From Atribacterota bacterium (lineage in GTDB: Bacteria; Atribacterota; Phoenicimicrobiia; Phoenicimicrobiales; Stramentimicrobiaceae), in assembly GCA_040767965.1 (NCBI GenBank), contig JAXGNR010000004.1, forward strand, positions 224,001 to 288,000: DNA of 64,000 nucleotides, written 5' to 3'. Each line of letters starts with the position of its first letter. Within the stretch, counting starts at the first letter, position 1. Shown piece after piece: positions 40,838-51,203 of this stretch. A program made the translations under genes and the position numbers. Under the pieces are notes generated by a model that was not told the origin of the DNA, made no database searches, and worked only from the letters and a program-made list of their open reading frames with translations.

Positions 40838-41770
40838 ATATTAAATCTGTCTGATATCAAAAAAATTGTATATTCCGCTGATATAAATACCAGGGTCGAT
40901 TCTTTTTTAGCCAAAGAAATTGGTCTAGATTTTTCAAGAAGCAGGATAAAAGAATTAATTGAACAAGGGGATATATCTGTTAATGGCGAAAAAATAAAAG
41001 CTAGTTATTTATTAAAAAAATCTGATTTGATAACAATAAAATTACCTGAGCAGAAAAATTTAACTCTGCAGCCAGAAAATATCCCTTTGAATATTTATTA
41101 TGAAGACGAACATATGCTGATAATCGATAAAAGTGCCGGCATGATTGTCCATCCTGCAGGGAAAGTGAATACCGGCACTCTTGTCAATGCTTTACTTTAT
41201 CACTGTCAAGGGAAATTACCTGGGATAAATGGCGTAAATCGTCCCGGAATTGTACATCGTTTAGACAAAGAGACATCAGGTTTGATGATGGTAGCAAAAA
41301 CAGAAAAAGCCCATCATCTTCTTACAGAACAAATCAAAGATAGAAAGATAATAAAAAAATATCTGGCTTTAGTTTATGGAACTGTAAAAGATCAGGCCGG
41401 CTATATTGAAGCTCCTATCGGCAGAGATAAAAAACATCGCAATAAAATGGATGTTTCCAACATAGCCAGTCGAGATGCGAAAACGTATTTTGAGGTTGTT
41501 AAACATTTTGCTGATTTTACATTATTATTGTTACAACTTTATACAGGCCGTACTCATCAGATAAGAGTTCACTTAAAATATATTGGCTATCCTGTTGTGG
41601 GAGACAAAGTATATGGTTTACGCAAAGAAAACCGCCAAAAGATTAGTATAAAAAGACAAGCACTGCATTCTCATTATTTGCAGCTATTCCATCCTATTTC
41701 AGGGCAAAACATGAGCTTTACTTCATCTTTACCTAAAGATATGACTGAACAGATTAACTTGCTTATCTGA
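40838..41770 (+). CDS. rluD: RluA/RluD family pseudouridine synthase with S4 domain (non-canonical start)
   Basis: HRLDKETSG, TGRTHQIRVH; S4 domain (RVDSFLAK..SRSRIKELI) is in frame upstream of the TTG at 41027. Confidence 0.9.
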   Translation: MLNLSDIKKIVYSADINTRVDSFLAKEIGLDFSRSRIKELIEQGDISVNGEKIKASYLLKKSDLITIKLPEQKNLTLQPENIPLNIYYEDEHMLIIDKSAGMIVHPAGKVNTGTLVNALLYHCQGKLPGINGVNRPGIVHRLDKETSGLMMVAKTEKAHHLLTEQIKDRKIIKKYLALVYGTVKDQAGYIEAPIGRDKKHRNKMDVSNIASRDAKTYFEVVKHFADFTLLLLQLYTGRTHQIRVHLKYIGYPVVGDKVYGLRKENRQKISIKRQALHSHYLQLFHPISGQNMSFTSSLPKDMTEQINLLI

Positions 41771-41780
41771 ATCCCATCAA

Positions 41781-43589
41781 TTAAACAACTATCATTTTAT
41801 CTATTTCATTTTTTATTGTTTCATATTCAATTGTAACCGGGAAAGTCTTTTCATTTGTATAGATAACTTTTCCCGGCTTTGAATTTTTTGCTTTCCTGAC
41901 ATATTTTCTTTTTGTGTAAATAATATAGGCTGTTTCTTTGTCTTTGGTCTTGCTGTAATAACTGGCTAAGCTGGCAGCAAAATTGAGAGTTAGGTAAGGA
42001 GGGCTATCCAGATTATTATGGTTTTTTATAATAACATGTCCTCCTGGTTTTGTAAGATTATGAAGCCAAAAATCATTGCCGGTAGAAAGATTTCTTAAAA
42101 TATATTCATTTTGTTTATTATTTTTGCCGACTAAAATAGTCCAGCCATCAGGAGAAAGGAACTTGCTTATGGCAGGTTGCTGCTCAGCCTTTTTACGTAG
42201 CGGGGTATCATTGTTTTTTTTGATATACCCCAGCTTCATTAATTGATTGTAAATGCAGATTAAATCTTCCAAAGAGTTCATTTTTTTATTTACTTTATTC
42301 TGTAGAATAATTAATTCCGACAATTCCTGTTTATTGTTATCAATTTGCTTCTGGATCATATCAGCATTTTTTTTTAATTTTTTATATTTTTGGAAGAGAT
42401 GGGTCAGGTTTTGAAGTGGAGATAATTGGGGATTCAATAAAATCATTATTTCCGGAAGTGAGTTATCAGTATAATCGATAACTTTTACTTCTGTTGATCC
42501 TGGGGTAATTTTCCAAAGGTTAGCTTTGAGCAATTCTCCTTTTTTTTTGTACTCTTCACAATTAAGAATTTCTTTTTCTCTTTTTAATAAAGATGATTCT
42601 ATTTCTGTCAATTTTTCTATATTTTTTATAATTATCTTTCTTGTAATATTATATAAATTTTGTTTTTTCTCTTTTTCTATTAATTTATTATAAATAAAAT
42701 CCAAACAAGAAGAGGTGTTTTGAAAAGGAATTAACTTATAATCCTGTTCAGCAGAAGGAGAAAATAAGAAATAATCAACAATTTGACCAGTAGAGTTATT
42801 GATTAAGACTGTGGGATTAAAATTATTATTTTTTATTTTTTCTATTAATAAAGAGAATTTGACAGACAATAGGTTAAATTTTTGTTCATCAATATCAGTA
42901 ATTATCTGTTTTGGAGAAAAGTCTAAAAAGGAAACTATTTCCTGAGCGGTTTTCCCGCCTATCCCTTTAAAATTATCTAGAAAGAATTCCCATAAATAAT
43001 TCTCTTTATTTTCAGTCAGGTATTTTTTCCATATTTGAATTAACTGCTTTGGACCAGTTTTTAATAAATTGTTTTTTTCTTGTTGTGGAGGGTATACATA
43101 AAGATTACCAGACTTTATTTCTCTAAACCTGTTAACATCAGAACCAACCTGTTTTAAAGGTGCTTTAATAATTTCCTCATCATCAATTAGCACAATATTG
43201 CTGTGTTTACCCATAAATTCAATTAATAATTGATATTTTTTAATTTTGCCAAATCTGTTATAAGGTTCTATTGAAAGCTTTATAAATCGATCAAAATCGT
43301 AATGTTGTGCATCTGTTAACATTCCTCCTTCTATCCAGCTTTTAAGTTGTTTCAAAAACAATGATGGAAAATTGTCTTCTGAAAAGAAGGATTCTTTGAT
43401 AAAAAAAGCCATTCGATCAGGGCGAATAGAAATAAAGAGATTTCTTAATATCTGTTTATTTTTTAAAGCAAAGGAGATTTCATACTTACTTATTTGTTTT
43501 ACTTCAACTATTTTAGATGGCAGGTAATTATTTTTTATTTCTGATAAAACAGAAGATAAGGTAATGCTATCAAGTTTCATAAAATTCAC
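41781..43589 (-). CDS. rqcH: Ribosome quality control factor RqcH / NFACT (FbpA/PavA) family
   Basis: FDR, EFMGKHSNI, coiled coil, VGKNNKQNE, DFWLH, GHVII. Confidence 0.9.
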   Translation of the reverse strand: MNFMKLDSITLSSVLSEIKNNYLPSKIVEVKQISKYEISFALKNKQILRNLFISIRPDRMAFFIKESFFSEDNFPSLFLKQLKSWIEGGMLTDAQHYDFDRFIKLSIEPYNRFGKIKKYQLLIEFMGKHSNIVLIDDEEIIKAPLKQVGSDVNRFREIKSGNLYVYPPQQEKNNLLKTGPKQLIQIWKKYLTENKENYLWEFFLDNFKGIGGKTAQEIVSFLDFSPKQIITDIDEQKFNLLSVKFSLLIEKIKNNNFNPTVLINNSTGQIVDYFLFSPSAEQDYKLIPFQNTSSCLDFIYNKLIEKEKKQNLYNITRKIIIKNIEKLTEIESSLLKREKEILNCEEYKKKGELLKANLWKITPGSTEVKVIDYTDNSLPEIMILLNPQLSPLQNLTHLFQKYKKLKKNADMIQKQIDNNKQELSELIILQNKVNKKMNSLEDLICIYNQLMKLGYIKKNNDTPLRKKAEQQPAISKFLSPDGWTILVGKNNKQNEYILRNLSTGNDFWLHNLTKPGGHVIIKNHNNLDSPPYLTLNFAASLASYYSKTKDKETAYIIYTKRKYVRKAKNSKPGKVIYTNEKTFPVTIEYETIKNEIDKMIVV

Positions 43590-43904
43590 CTTTTCTAATA
43601 TTAAAAAGAGGATTTATTTGCTATCACTACAGGTCTTTTATAATATATTTATAGCTGAAGGTCAAGAAATAAACTATCAAAAAGATATATTTTGCAGAAA
43701 AGAGAAGGACAATTCTTTATTATATATGCTAAAATTATCATAGAAAAATTTAGATTTACGGCCATAAAAGGCAATAGCTAAAAAATCAGATAGTGTTAAT
43801 CTTCAGAAATCAGCAATATTTATCTTAGATTAGTATGAATAATTATTACGTGAGAATAGAGTAAAATAGAAGTTTAAGACAATATAAAAGAGGTGTAAAA
43901 ATAA

Positions 43905-45299
43905 ATGATAGTAAAGATGTTGTTTTTGTTTATTTCATTTTTATTTCTTTTTTTCATCAACACCAGAACAGTTTTTGCTGCAAAAAAAGTTAATTATCAA
44001 AATGCTTACCTGAAGTGGGATGGAAAAACATCTGATAAGGATTTTACCGGAGATACCTTCGCTGCTTTGACTAAAACCACAGTTTACAGATCTGAAAAAT
44101 CTCCGACCGGTTTTTATGTAACTTTTCGTTATTATGCTCCAGAGGCAAAAAGAGTACAAATATCTGGAGACTGGCTGTTTAGTGAAAAGCATCTGTCCAC
44201 TGCCAACAAAGCTCCCAGAATTCATCCCAATAACTGGTATAATGGATGTATTTTACATACCTGCACCAGACCACATGCATTGCGACCGGTAGATGATATG
44301 GTTTTAAATAAGGAAACAGGATATTGGTTTTTTACGATTCCACTACCATCAGGTTGGTTTACTTACCAGTTTTTTATAAATGGTGAAGATGAAGTAAATT
44401 GGAATAACAGGGTAACAGATCCTCAAAATCCACCAGCTGAATACAAGCCTGGTGTAGAAAACTACAGTATAGTGCTATTACCTTATGATCCAGTTAAACA
44501 AAGCAAAAGTCCCGATTATAGCTATAATGGTCTTTTAGATGAATGCGAACAGATGGGTGATTTTGTGTTTGATTGTGTTCCTTCTAAAATTCTGGGCTGG
44601 GATGCCCCTGTTGGCATATATACTCCTAATGGGTATAATCCAAATAAGAAAGATGGTTACAAATATCTTATCATTATGCACGGGATGGGTGGTTTTGCCA
44701 CAAATTGGATTTCTCAAAACTGTATGGGTAATATTACTGATAACCTTATTGCTAGACGAGAAACTGAACCTTTAATTGTTATTATGCCGGAAATGAACAA
44801 AAGTAATGGAGAATGGGCATATAGATATATTAATTATGATGGATCCCTGATTAATAAACCCAATGTAGAAGGAAAAGTTTCCGAGGCAGTTCCTTATATA
44901 GTAAATGAACTTATTCCCTGGGTTGAAAAAAATTATAATGTATCTAACATTCCCGAAAATCGAGCTTTGGCCGGTCTTTCCAGGGGCGGAGAAACAACTT
45001 TTTCCACATACCTCGCATATCCGGAAAAATTTGCTTATTTTTATTGTATGAGTCATGGATATAAAGAGCCTGATGTATTTAATTATGACTATTCAAGAAA
45101 AGAGTTAAAAAAACCAACTCTGGCCTTTGGATTTGGTTTATTTGATTTTGGTTTTTTTGATGGAGGGGCAGAGATAACTATGAGGGTATTGAGTGATGCA
45201 GGAATTGATTTTACAACTAACTATGCCCTTGGAGGACATCGCCCTGATGTATGGAGGGATTGCTATATTGACTTACTTAGAAGGGTGCTCTGGAAGTAA
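43905..45299 (+). CDS. Secreted esterase (CBM48-like N-domain plus alpha/beta hydrolase; CE1/enterochelin esterase-like)
   Basis: Signal peptide, VTFRYYAPEAKRVQISGD, HGMGG, GLSRGG nucleophile, GGH. Confidence 0.8.
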   Translation: MIVKMLFLFISFLFLFFINTRTVFAAKKVNYQNAYLKWDGKTSDKDFTGDTFAALTKTTVYRSEKSPTGFYVTFRYYAPEAKRVQISGDWLFSEKHLSTANKAPRIHPNNWYNGCILHTCTRPHALRPVDDMVLNKETGYWFFTIPLPSGWFTYQFFINGEDEVNWNNRVTDPQNPPAEYKPGVENYSIVLLPYDPVKQSKSPDYSYNGLLDECEQMGDFVFDCVPSKILGWDAPVGIYTPNGYNPNKKDGYKYLIIMHGMGGFATNWISQNCMGNITDNLIARRETEPLIVIMPEMNKSNGEWAYRYINYDGSLINKPNVEGKVSEAVPYIVNELIPWVEKNYNVSNIPENRALAGLSRGGETTFSTYLAYPEKFAYFYCMSHGYKEPDVFNYDYSRKELKKPTLAFGFGLFDFGFFDGGAEITMRVLSDAGIDFTTNYALGGHRPDVWRDCYIDLLRRVLWK

Positions 45300-45418
45300 A
45301 ATATAACTAACAACCAATTAATATTATGACAATATTCCTGAGACAGAGACGCTGTAAATCAGAAGTAATTATCTTGACAATATAAATCCTGAATTTAACG
45401 GGTATTAAAAATATCTTT

Positions 45419-46204
45419 TTATTTTTCTCTTTTTTTATTCCAGTAGGATCTTGCCCGGGTTGCTATTCTTTCTTTCTGTTGATCCCAGATATAATCATCA
45501 ATAACAGCATTTTTATTGCTTTCCAACAAAACAGACTGTTGTTTTATAAATACGTCACCCGGGTACTTTATTTCATGTAGATAATAAATTTCCAGTTTTT
45601 TCAAAATGTAATTGTGCAATATTGTTTTTGGTTTTGAGGAAAAGATCCAGTTAATATATTTAGAGTTATGGACATGGTCAAGAAAATCAATATCATCTGA
45701 TTTAACGGCAATTCTTTTTGCATCTATTTTATTAAAAGAGGAATTTTCTATCAGTATAAATTTGTTAGTAGCTGAAGGGCAGGCTTTTCTAGAATTAATT
45801 ATCCATTTATTTGCCAGTTCATACAGTATTCTGACAGGCATTTTCTTATTTATATTATAGAAAACCCATTGAGAAGAAGCTCTAATTATAATATTGGTAT
45901 CATTTGATTTTACTAAAAATTCCCTGAATACAAAACATCTTTTTGTATGTGAGATCCAGGTTTCAATATTTAATTTATCTCCATTTCTTGGTAGCTGATC
46001 TATTTCTATATTCCAGGAGAGAAGAACCCAGGAATAGCCTTTTGTGAACAATAATTTTAATGGAAAACCAAGTTGCTCAGAATGGCAACCTGCTGTTTCA
46101 TTAAAATAATCAATTATTGTTTCGATTATTGATTGCTGATGATTGGCAGATCTGTTTTTTATATTGAGCTGGAAATTTTTAACAAAAGATTTATTTATCT
46201 GCAC
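45419..46204 (-). CDS. Acyl-ACP thioesterase (FatA/FatM-like double hotdog)
   Basis: WVL..IETW, REF, ASSQWV, DIDFLDHVHNSKY. Confidence 0.85.
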   Translation of the reverse strand: MQINKSFVKNFQLNIKNRSANHQQSIIETIIDYFNETAGCHSEQLGFPLKLLFTKGYSWVLLSWNIEIDQLPRNGDKLNIETWISHTKRCFVFREFLVKSNDTNIIIRASSQWVFYNINKKMPVRILYELANKWIINSRKACPSATNKFILIENSSFNKIDAKRIAVKSDDIDFLDHVHNSKYINWIFSSKPKTILHNYILKKLEIYYLHEIKYPGDVFIKQQSVLLESNKNAVIDDYIWDQQKERIATRARSYWNKKREK

Positions 46205-46885
46205 TGTTCAAAAAACATCCCTCATGATTAATATTATTTATAAAACCAAAAAGCGCTGTAATTATAGTTAAATATTATTTTTAAAACAAGGAAATTATTT
46301 TACTGATAAAAAGCAATTAGAAAATATACTTATAATATTACTGAATAATTTTGAAAAGGTCTAAGAATTTTTTAATTTTTTTTAAAATTGGCAGACACTT
46401 TAAATTAATTCATATGTTGCTTTATGAAGTGATTATACCTGGATTAACTTAAATTTTAGTGAATGGAATGTTTAGCAATCAATAATTTGACAAAAATTAA
46501 CAGATAAATTAACATTAATATATAGGATATGAACAATAATTCAATAAGAATATAAAATAAATTAATAAATGCATATAAGTAATAAAAAATGTTAATTATT
46601 TTATATTTATCAGAAAAATATTTAAAAAATTCACTAATATAGTTATAAATTAAACTAAACCGATAAAATAATAAAAATGCGATATGCTCTATAGCATGCA
46701 TATAAATATTCTGCAAAATAATTTGAATTAAATAATAAGAATGAATATATTTAAATGCAGTGAGAATTTTTGAAAAACTCCAGATGATAGTTGTTGGTAT
46801 GTTTAATATGAATAAAACTTTCCTTTTGGTATTGGAATTTTAAGGATCTCAAAATAATATTTGAGAGAAAAGGAGGTTTGTTAAA

Positions 46886-48313
46886 ATGGCTATCAATCTT
46901 GTTTTTGCAAAAAAATTTGCTGCTGAGCAAGCGTTGAGGCAGATATTAAGATATTTAGAAAAAGATCCTGAAAAGAATTTTGACAAAATTTTAAATTTTG
47001 CTGATAAAATTGCCCAAACTGAGAAGCATCATCAGGAAATTGCAGCCATAAGGGAAAATTACTATAATAGTCCTCTTATAAAAAAATATATCCAAAAACT
47101 TTCCAAAATCGCTCCAAGCTACAAAGATGGGCTTATTTTGAATTTTTTTATAAATTCAGCCCTTATGGGAATTCCAAGACAACTTCAAATAGCACAAGAA
47201 ATTGGAAACAGTGTGCCATGGACTATTCTGATAGATCCGACAAGTGCTTGTAATCTTAATTGTATTGGATGTTGGGCAGGAAAATACAAAAAAAGCGATA
47301 GTTTAGATCTAAGCACTATTAATAGAATAATTGAAGAAGCTAAGAAAATGGGGATTTATTTTATAGTATTATCCGGGGGAGAGCCTACTGTATATCCTGG
47401 CCTTTTTGATATTTTTGAAAAACATCAGGATGTGGGTTTTATGATGTATACTAATGGAACTTTGATAGACGATAAAATGGCCGATAAAATGTTAGAAGTA
47501 GGAAACATAACTCCAGCTATAAGTTTAGAAGGCTTCCGTGAATCAACAGATATCCGTAGAGGGGAAGGAGTTTATGATAAAATTATGGCAGCAATGGACC
47601 GATTATCTGCAAGAGGAATTATATTTGGTTTTAGCATTACAGTTACCAGGCAAAATGCTGAAGAATTGTTTGGTGTAGATGATTTTATTGACCATATGAT
47701 AGAAAAAGGTGCTCTTTATGGCTGGTTTTTTCATTATATACCGATAGGGAAAGATACCGATATTGAGATGATGATTACATCAGAACAAAGAGTTAAATTG
47801 GCCTATAGGATTCCGGAAATAAGGAATAAAAAACCGATCTTTTTAGCTGATTTCTGGAATGATGGCACTTTTACCGGAGGTTGTATAGCAGCAGGCAGAA
47901 GGTATTTTCATATTAATGCTAAAGGAGATGTAGAGCCTTGTGCTTTTGTCCATTTTGCCACTGATAATATCCGGGGGAAAAGCCTGCGAGAAATTTTACA
48001 AAACCCTTTGTTTAGATATTATCAAAAATGTCAGCCCTTCAGCAGTAATTTAATGACTCCTTGTCCTATTATAGATCACCCATCCAGGTTAAGAGATATT
48101 GTTATAAAATCAGGGGCCAAACCAACACATGCTGGAGCAGGGAGTGTTTTGACAGGTAAAATTGCTGATTTTTTAGATGATCATTCCCGGATCTGGAGAG
48201 AAAAATCTAAACCAATTAACATTGAGAGAAAAAAGAAGAGGGAGGAATCAATTAAAATCTACGAGAAGAAAAAAAACAAAAAAAGACATTATGAGACTGT
48301 TAATTTTAAATAA
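46886..48313 (+). CDS. Radical SAM/SPASM protein (PWTILIDPTSACNL family)
   Basis: CNLNCIGC, GGEP, GCIAAGRRYFHINAKGDVEPC, PCPIID. Confidence 0.88.
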   Translation: MAINLVFAKKFAAEQALRQILRYLEKDPEKNFDKILNFADKIAQTEKHHQEIAAIRENYYNSPLIKKYIQKLSKIAPSYKDGLILNFFINSALMGIPRQLQIAQEIGNSVPWTILIDPTSACNLNCIGCWAGKYKKSDSLDLSTINRIIEEAKKMGIYFIVLSGGEPTVYPGLFDIFEKHQDVGFMMYTNGTLIDDKMADKMLEVGNITPAISLEGFRESTDIRRGEGVYDKIMAAMDRLSARGIIFGFSITVTRQNAEELFGVDDFIDHMIEKGALYGWFFHYIPIGKDTDIEMMITSEQRVKLAYRIPEIRNKKPIFLADFWNDGTFTGGCIAAGRRYFHINAKGDVEPCAFVHFATDNIRGKSLREILQNPLFRYYQKCQPFSSNLMTPCPIIDHPSRLRDIVIKSGAKPTHAGAGSVLTGKIADFLDDHSRIWREKSKPINIERKKKREESIKIYEKKKNKKRHYETVNFK

Positions 48314-48321
48314 TTTGCTCC

Positions 48322-48376
48322 AGTAAATCTGTCTGCAGCTAAAAGAAATTTGTTTTTGATTGCAGGTAGAGTTACT
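48322..48376. terminator. Imperfect bidirectional hairpin between convergent genes
   Basis: AGTAAATCTGTCTGCAGCTAAAA...TTTTGATTGCAGGTAGAGTTACT. Confidence 0.45.
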
Positions 48377-48382
48377 GATTAC

Positions 48383-49504
48383 TCATGGTATGTTGTTTTT
48401 TGAAATAGATTTATTATTAAGAATATAATCTTTAATACCTACCATAATTCTATTTATAAAATGTTCTTGTGCAGAATAGGCCATATGACCTATTCTGAAT
48501 ACTTTTTCATGTAATGGCCCAACACCGCCTGCAATTAATATCTTGTATTTATTTTTTAAAAAATTTTGTAATTCTATTGAGCTTAAACTATTTGGCAATA
48601 AAGCAGAAGTTGCTGTTGGGAGTCTATAGTTTTTATTTTTTATTAATAAAGATACACCTATTTCCTCTAAGGCGGAATGAAGAATTTTAGAGATATTCTT
48701 ATGCCTTAACCATCTTTGCTCTAATCCTTCTTCTAAAATAAAATCTAATGATTTGTTTAGCGCAAAGAAGAGATGTACTGGTAAAGTTATTGGAAACGGG
48801 TGCCAATCTTTCCAATCCTCTGCATATCTCTGCCAGGTCTTTAAATTAAAGTACCAGCAAGGAATTTTTTCTTCTGATGATATATTTTTCCAGCCTTGTG
48901 GACTAACTGATATTGTAGACAAGCCAGGAATTGAACCTAATGCTTTCTGGCTAGCTGATAAACAGAAATCTATTTTTAGTTTATCTACTGAAAGTTTAGC
49001 TCCACCTAATGTCGAAATAGCATCCACTATAAACAAAATCTTATTTTCTTGACAAACATTAGCAATATCTTCTAAAGGGTTTAGCATACCAGTAGAGGTT
49101 TCACCGTGTACCATTGCTAATAAATCAGGTTTTTCTCTTTGAACGATTTTTTTTATCTCCTGTGTCTTAAAAGGTTCTCCGGGATTTTTGGTAATTACAG
49201 AATATTTATTTAAATAATGGGATGCAATTGCGGTTAGTCTATTTCCGAATGTTCCATTTTCTAAAATTAAACCTTTTTTACCACTCAAGTTAGCAAAAGC
49301 TGTTTCCACTGCTCCAGAGCCAGAAGATGGAAAAATAAATACCTTATTTTTTGTTTGATAAACTTGTTGTAATTTGTGGAGTGTGCTTAGATAGTATTCC
49401 AGCCATAAATCACCGTAATGAGGGATATTTGGTTTATTTAATTCATTTAATATTTCTGGATCGCATTCTGTAGGACCGGGTAATGACAATTGATATATGT
49501 CCAT
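48383..49504 (-). CDS. Class V PLP aminotransferase (alanine-glyoxylate/serine-pyruvate type)
   Basis: LPGPT, HGETSTG, VDAIS, SQKALG, FRIGHM. Confidence 0.92.
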   Translation of the reverse strand: MDIYQLSLPGPTECDPEILNELNKPNIPHYGDLWLEYYLSTLHKLQQVYQTKNKVFIFPSSGSGAVETAFANLSGKKGLILENGTFGNRLTAIASHYLNKYSVITKNPGEPFKTQEIKKIVQREKPDLLAMVHGETSTGMLNPLEDIANVCQENKILFIVDAISTLGGAKLSVDKLKIDFCLSASQKALGSIPGLSTISVSPQGWKNISSEEKIPCWYFNLKTWQRYAEDWKDWHPFPITLPVHLFFALNKSLDFILEEGLEQRWLRHKNISKILHSALEEIGVSLLIKNKNYRLPTATSALLPNSLSSIELQNFLKNKYKILIAGGVGPLHEKVFRIGHMAYSAQEHFINRIMVGIKDYILNNKSISKNNIP

Positions 49505-49597
49505 TTTAGACCTCCACCCATAAATAATTTTTATTTCTATTCTAGAAATTTTTTTTGGTTAAATTTTAACAAAAATCTAAAAATCTTATCAAATAAT

Positions 49598-50899
49598 CTA
49601 TGGACACTGAATTACTCCTTGAGCCCATAAGCAACCCCCACAGGTAGGAAAAGTATTCCCAAAACAATCCTCTTCGTTTTTACTAGATAAAAGACATGGT
49701 CCACAGCGCAAACATGGTGAAAAATCAAAATTATCAACCTTTTCTCTAAATTCCTTGTATTCGTGAGAATCCCAAATTTTCTTCAGAGTTTTATCATTAA
49801 CATTACCTAAAGCATATGATTTTACTTTTCTATCATAATTATTTTGGAAGAAGGGATACATCCTGCTTTCATGCATTAATCCCATACACGGAGTTACCAT
49901 CCCATCCCATCTGATAAAGGTATTTCTTTCTTTTATAAATCTGCATTCTGATGTTTCTGCCCCTATTTCATTTCCCATAATTGATATCTTATGTTTATTA
50001 TTTCTAAAAAGACTATAAAGTGCTTTTTTAGATGTGTCATTGATATCCAGTAAAGGCAAGCTAATTTCTAAAGAATTCTCAGATTTATTTACTCCCGCAA
50101 CAGACCAGTAGCAGACCATTTCTTTAACGATATCATTGCTATAGGGCAAAACATTACTTATTAATACTTTTGATGCGCCAATTAGACTTGTAAGTTTTTC
50201 TAAATGAATCAGGCTATCAATATTCTTTTTCATAATTACAAAAGATAAACCAATATTTATCTTATGTTCATTTATCTCATTCAATGATTTTAAATAAGTC
50301 AGATTATCCAGAACTTTCTGGAAACTAGCCCCTTTTCTTATTCCTTCAAAAACATTTTCATCTGCAGCATCAAAAGAAATCCATAAAGTATCTAATCTAT
50401 TATCCATCAACCCTTTTACAATTTTTTTATTCAACAAAGTCCCGTTGGTAGTAATTTCTACCTTTATTCCCAGCGATTTTACTTCTTTTACCATATATAG
50501 AATATCTTTATGGAAGGTTGGTTCTCCAAAGCCACCAAACATTACTGTTTCTAATTCCTCAAATTGTTTCAAATCTTCTATTATTTTATTAAAAGTGCTA
50601 ATATTCATATTGCCCAATGGTTCATTCCAGGTATTTCGAACACAAGTTTGACACATTAGATTGCATAATGTAGTTGGTTCAATATAAACTTTTGCTAAAC
50701 TGTGGATATTGGGAAACAATGTTATTTTATTTTTTTGAACTGTTACGTTAATTTCTGCACATCCATTCAACCCTAACTTTCTTTTTAGTTTGTCAGGCAA
50801 AATCAGATTACCATTTTTATCGGATTTAATCTTGTATTTTTTTATTTCACTATTGTTGCTTTTAATAATATTTTCTTTTTTGCCAAAAAAATCGGGCAT
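49598..50899 (-). CDS. Radical SAM/SPASM protein resembling the tungsten-oxidoreductase maturase family, with AbrB-like N-terminus
   Basis: YIEPTTLCNLMCQTC, FGGFGEP, Cys-rich tail PCLRCGPC...DCFGNTFPTCGGCLWAQGVIQCP; N-terminal DKNGNLILPDKLKRKLGL. Confidence 0.8.
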   Translation of the reverse strand: MPDFFGKKENIIKSNNSEIKKYKIKSDKNGNLILPDKLKRKLGLNGCAEINVTVQKNKITLFPNIHSLAKVYIEPTTLCNLMCQTCVRNTWNEPLGNMNISTFNKIIEDLKQFEELETVMFGGFGEPTFHKDILYMVKEVKSLGIKVEITTNGTLLNKKIVKGLMDNRLDTLWISFDAADENVFEGIRKGASFQKVLDNLTYLKSLNEINEHKINIGLSFVIMKKNIDSLIHLEKLTSLIGASKVLISNVLPYSNDIVKEMVCYWSVAGVNKSENSLEISLPLLDINDTSKKALYSLFRNNKHKISIMGNEIGAETSECRFIKERNTFIRWDGMVTPCMGLMHESRMYPFFQNNYDRKVKSYALGNVNDKTLKKIWDSHEYKEFREKVDNFDFSPCLRCGPCLLSSKNEEDCFGNTFPTCGGCLWAQGVIQCP

Positions 50900-51124
50900 T
50901 TCTCCTCCTGATTAAAAAATTAAAATATAAATAATACTTGTATTTTTACAAGTTTTTGCTAAACATTTATCAAATTCCTGATATTGAATGAAAATTGTAA
51001 TATATTCTTGTTTTATTTATGAGGGAAATAGCAATATCAGATTTTCTAGAAAAATATTTTTTAAAATACATATTAGGAATATTCTAATTGAAATAAGTCT
51101 ATAATACAACAAGATGCTCCTAAG

Positions 51125-51173
51125 AATAAAATATAACACCAGCTTGAGAATATAAACTGATGTTATATTTTAT
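51125..51173 (-). terminator. Terminator-like hairpin downstream of the MMPL operon
   Basis: AATAAAATATAACACCAG...CTGATGTTATATTTTATT. Confidence 0.6.
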
Positions 51174-51203
51174 TAGATGGCTTGAAATATTTAAGTAAAT
51201 ATT

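Noticed and set aside
46456-46716. 86-aa hydrophobic ORF in the AT-rich gap
   Set aside because: Low-complexity I/Y/F/L composition expected from AT-rich DNA; no RBS
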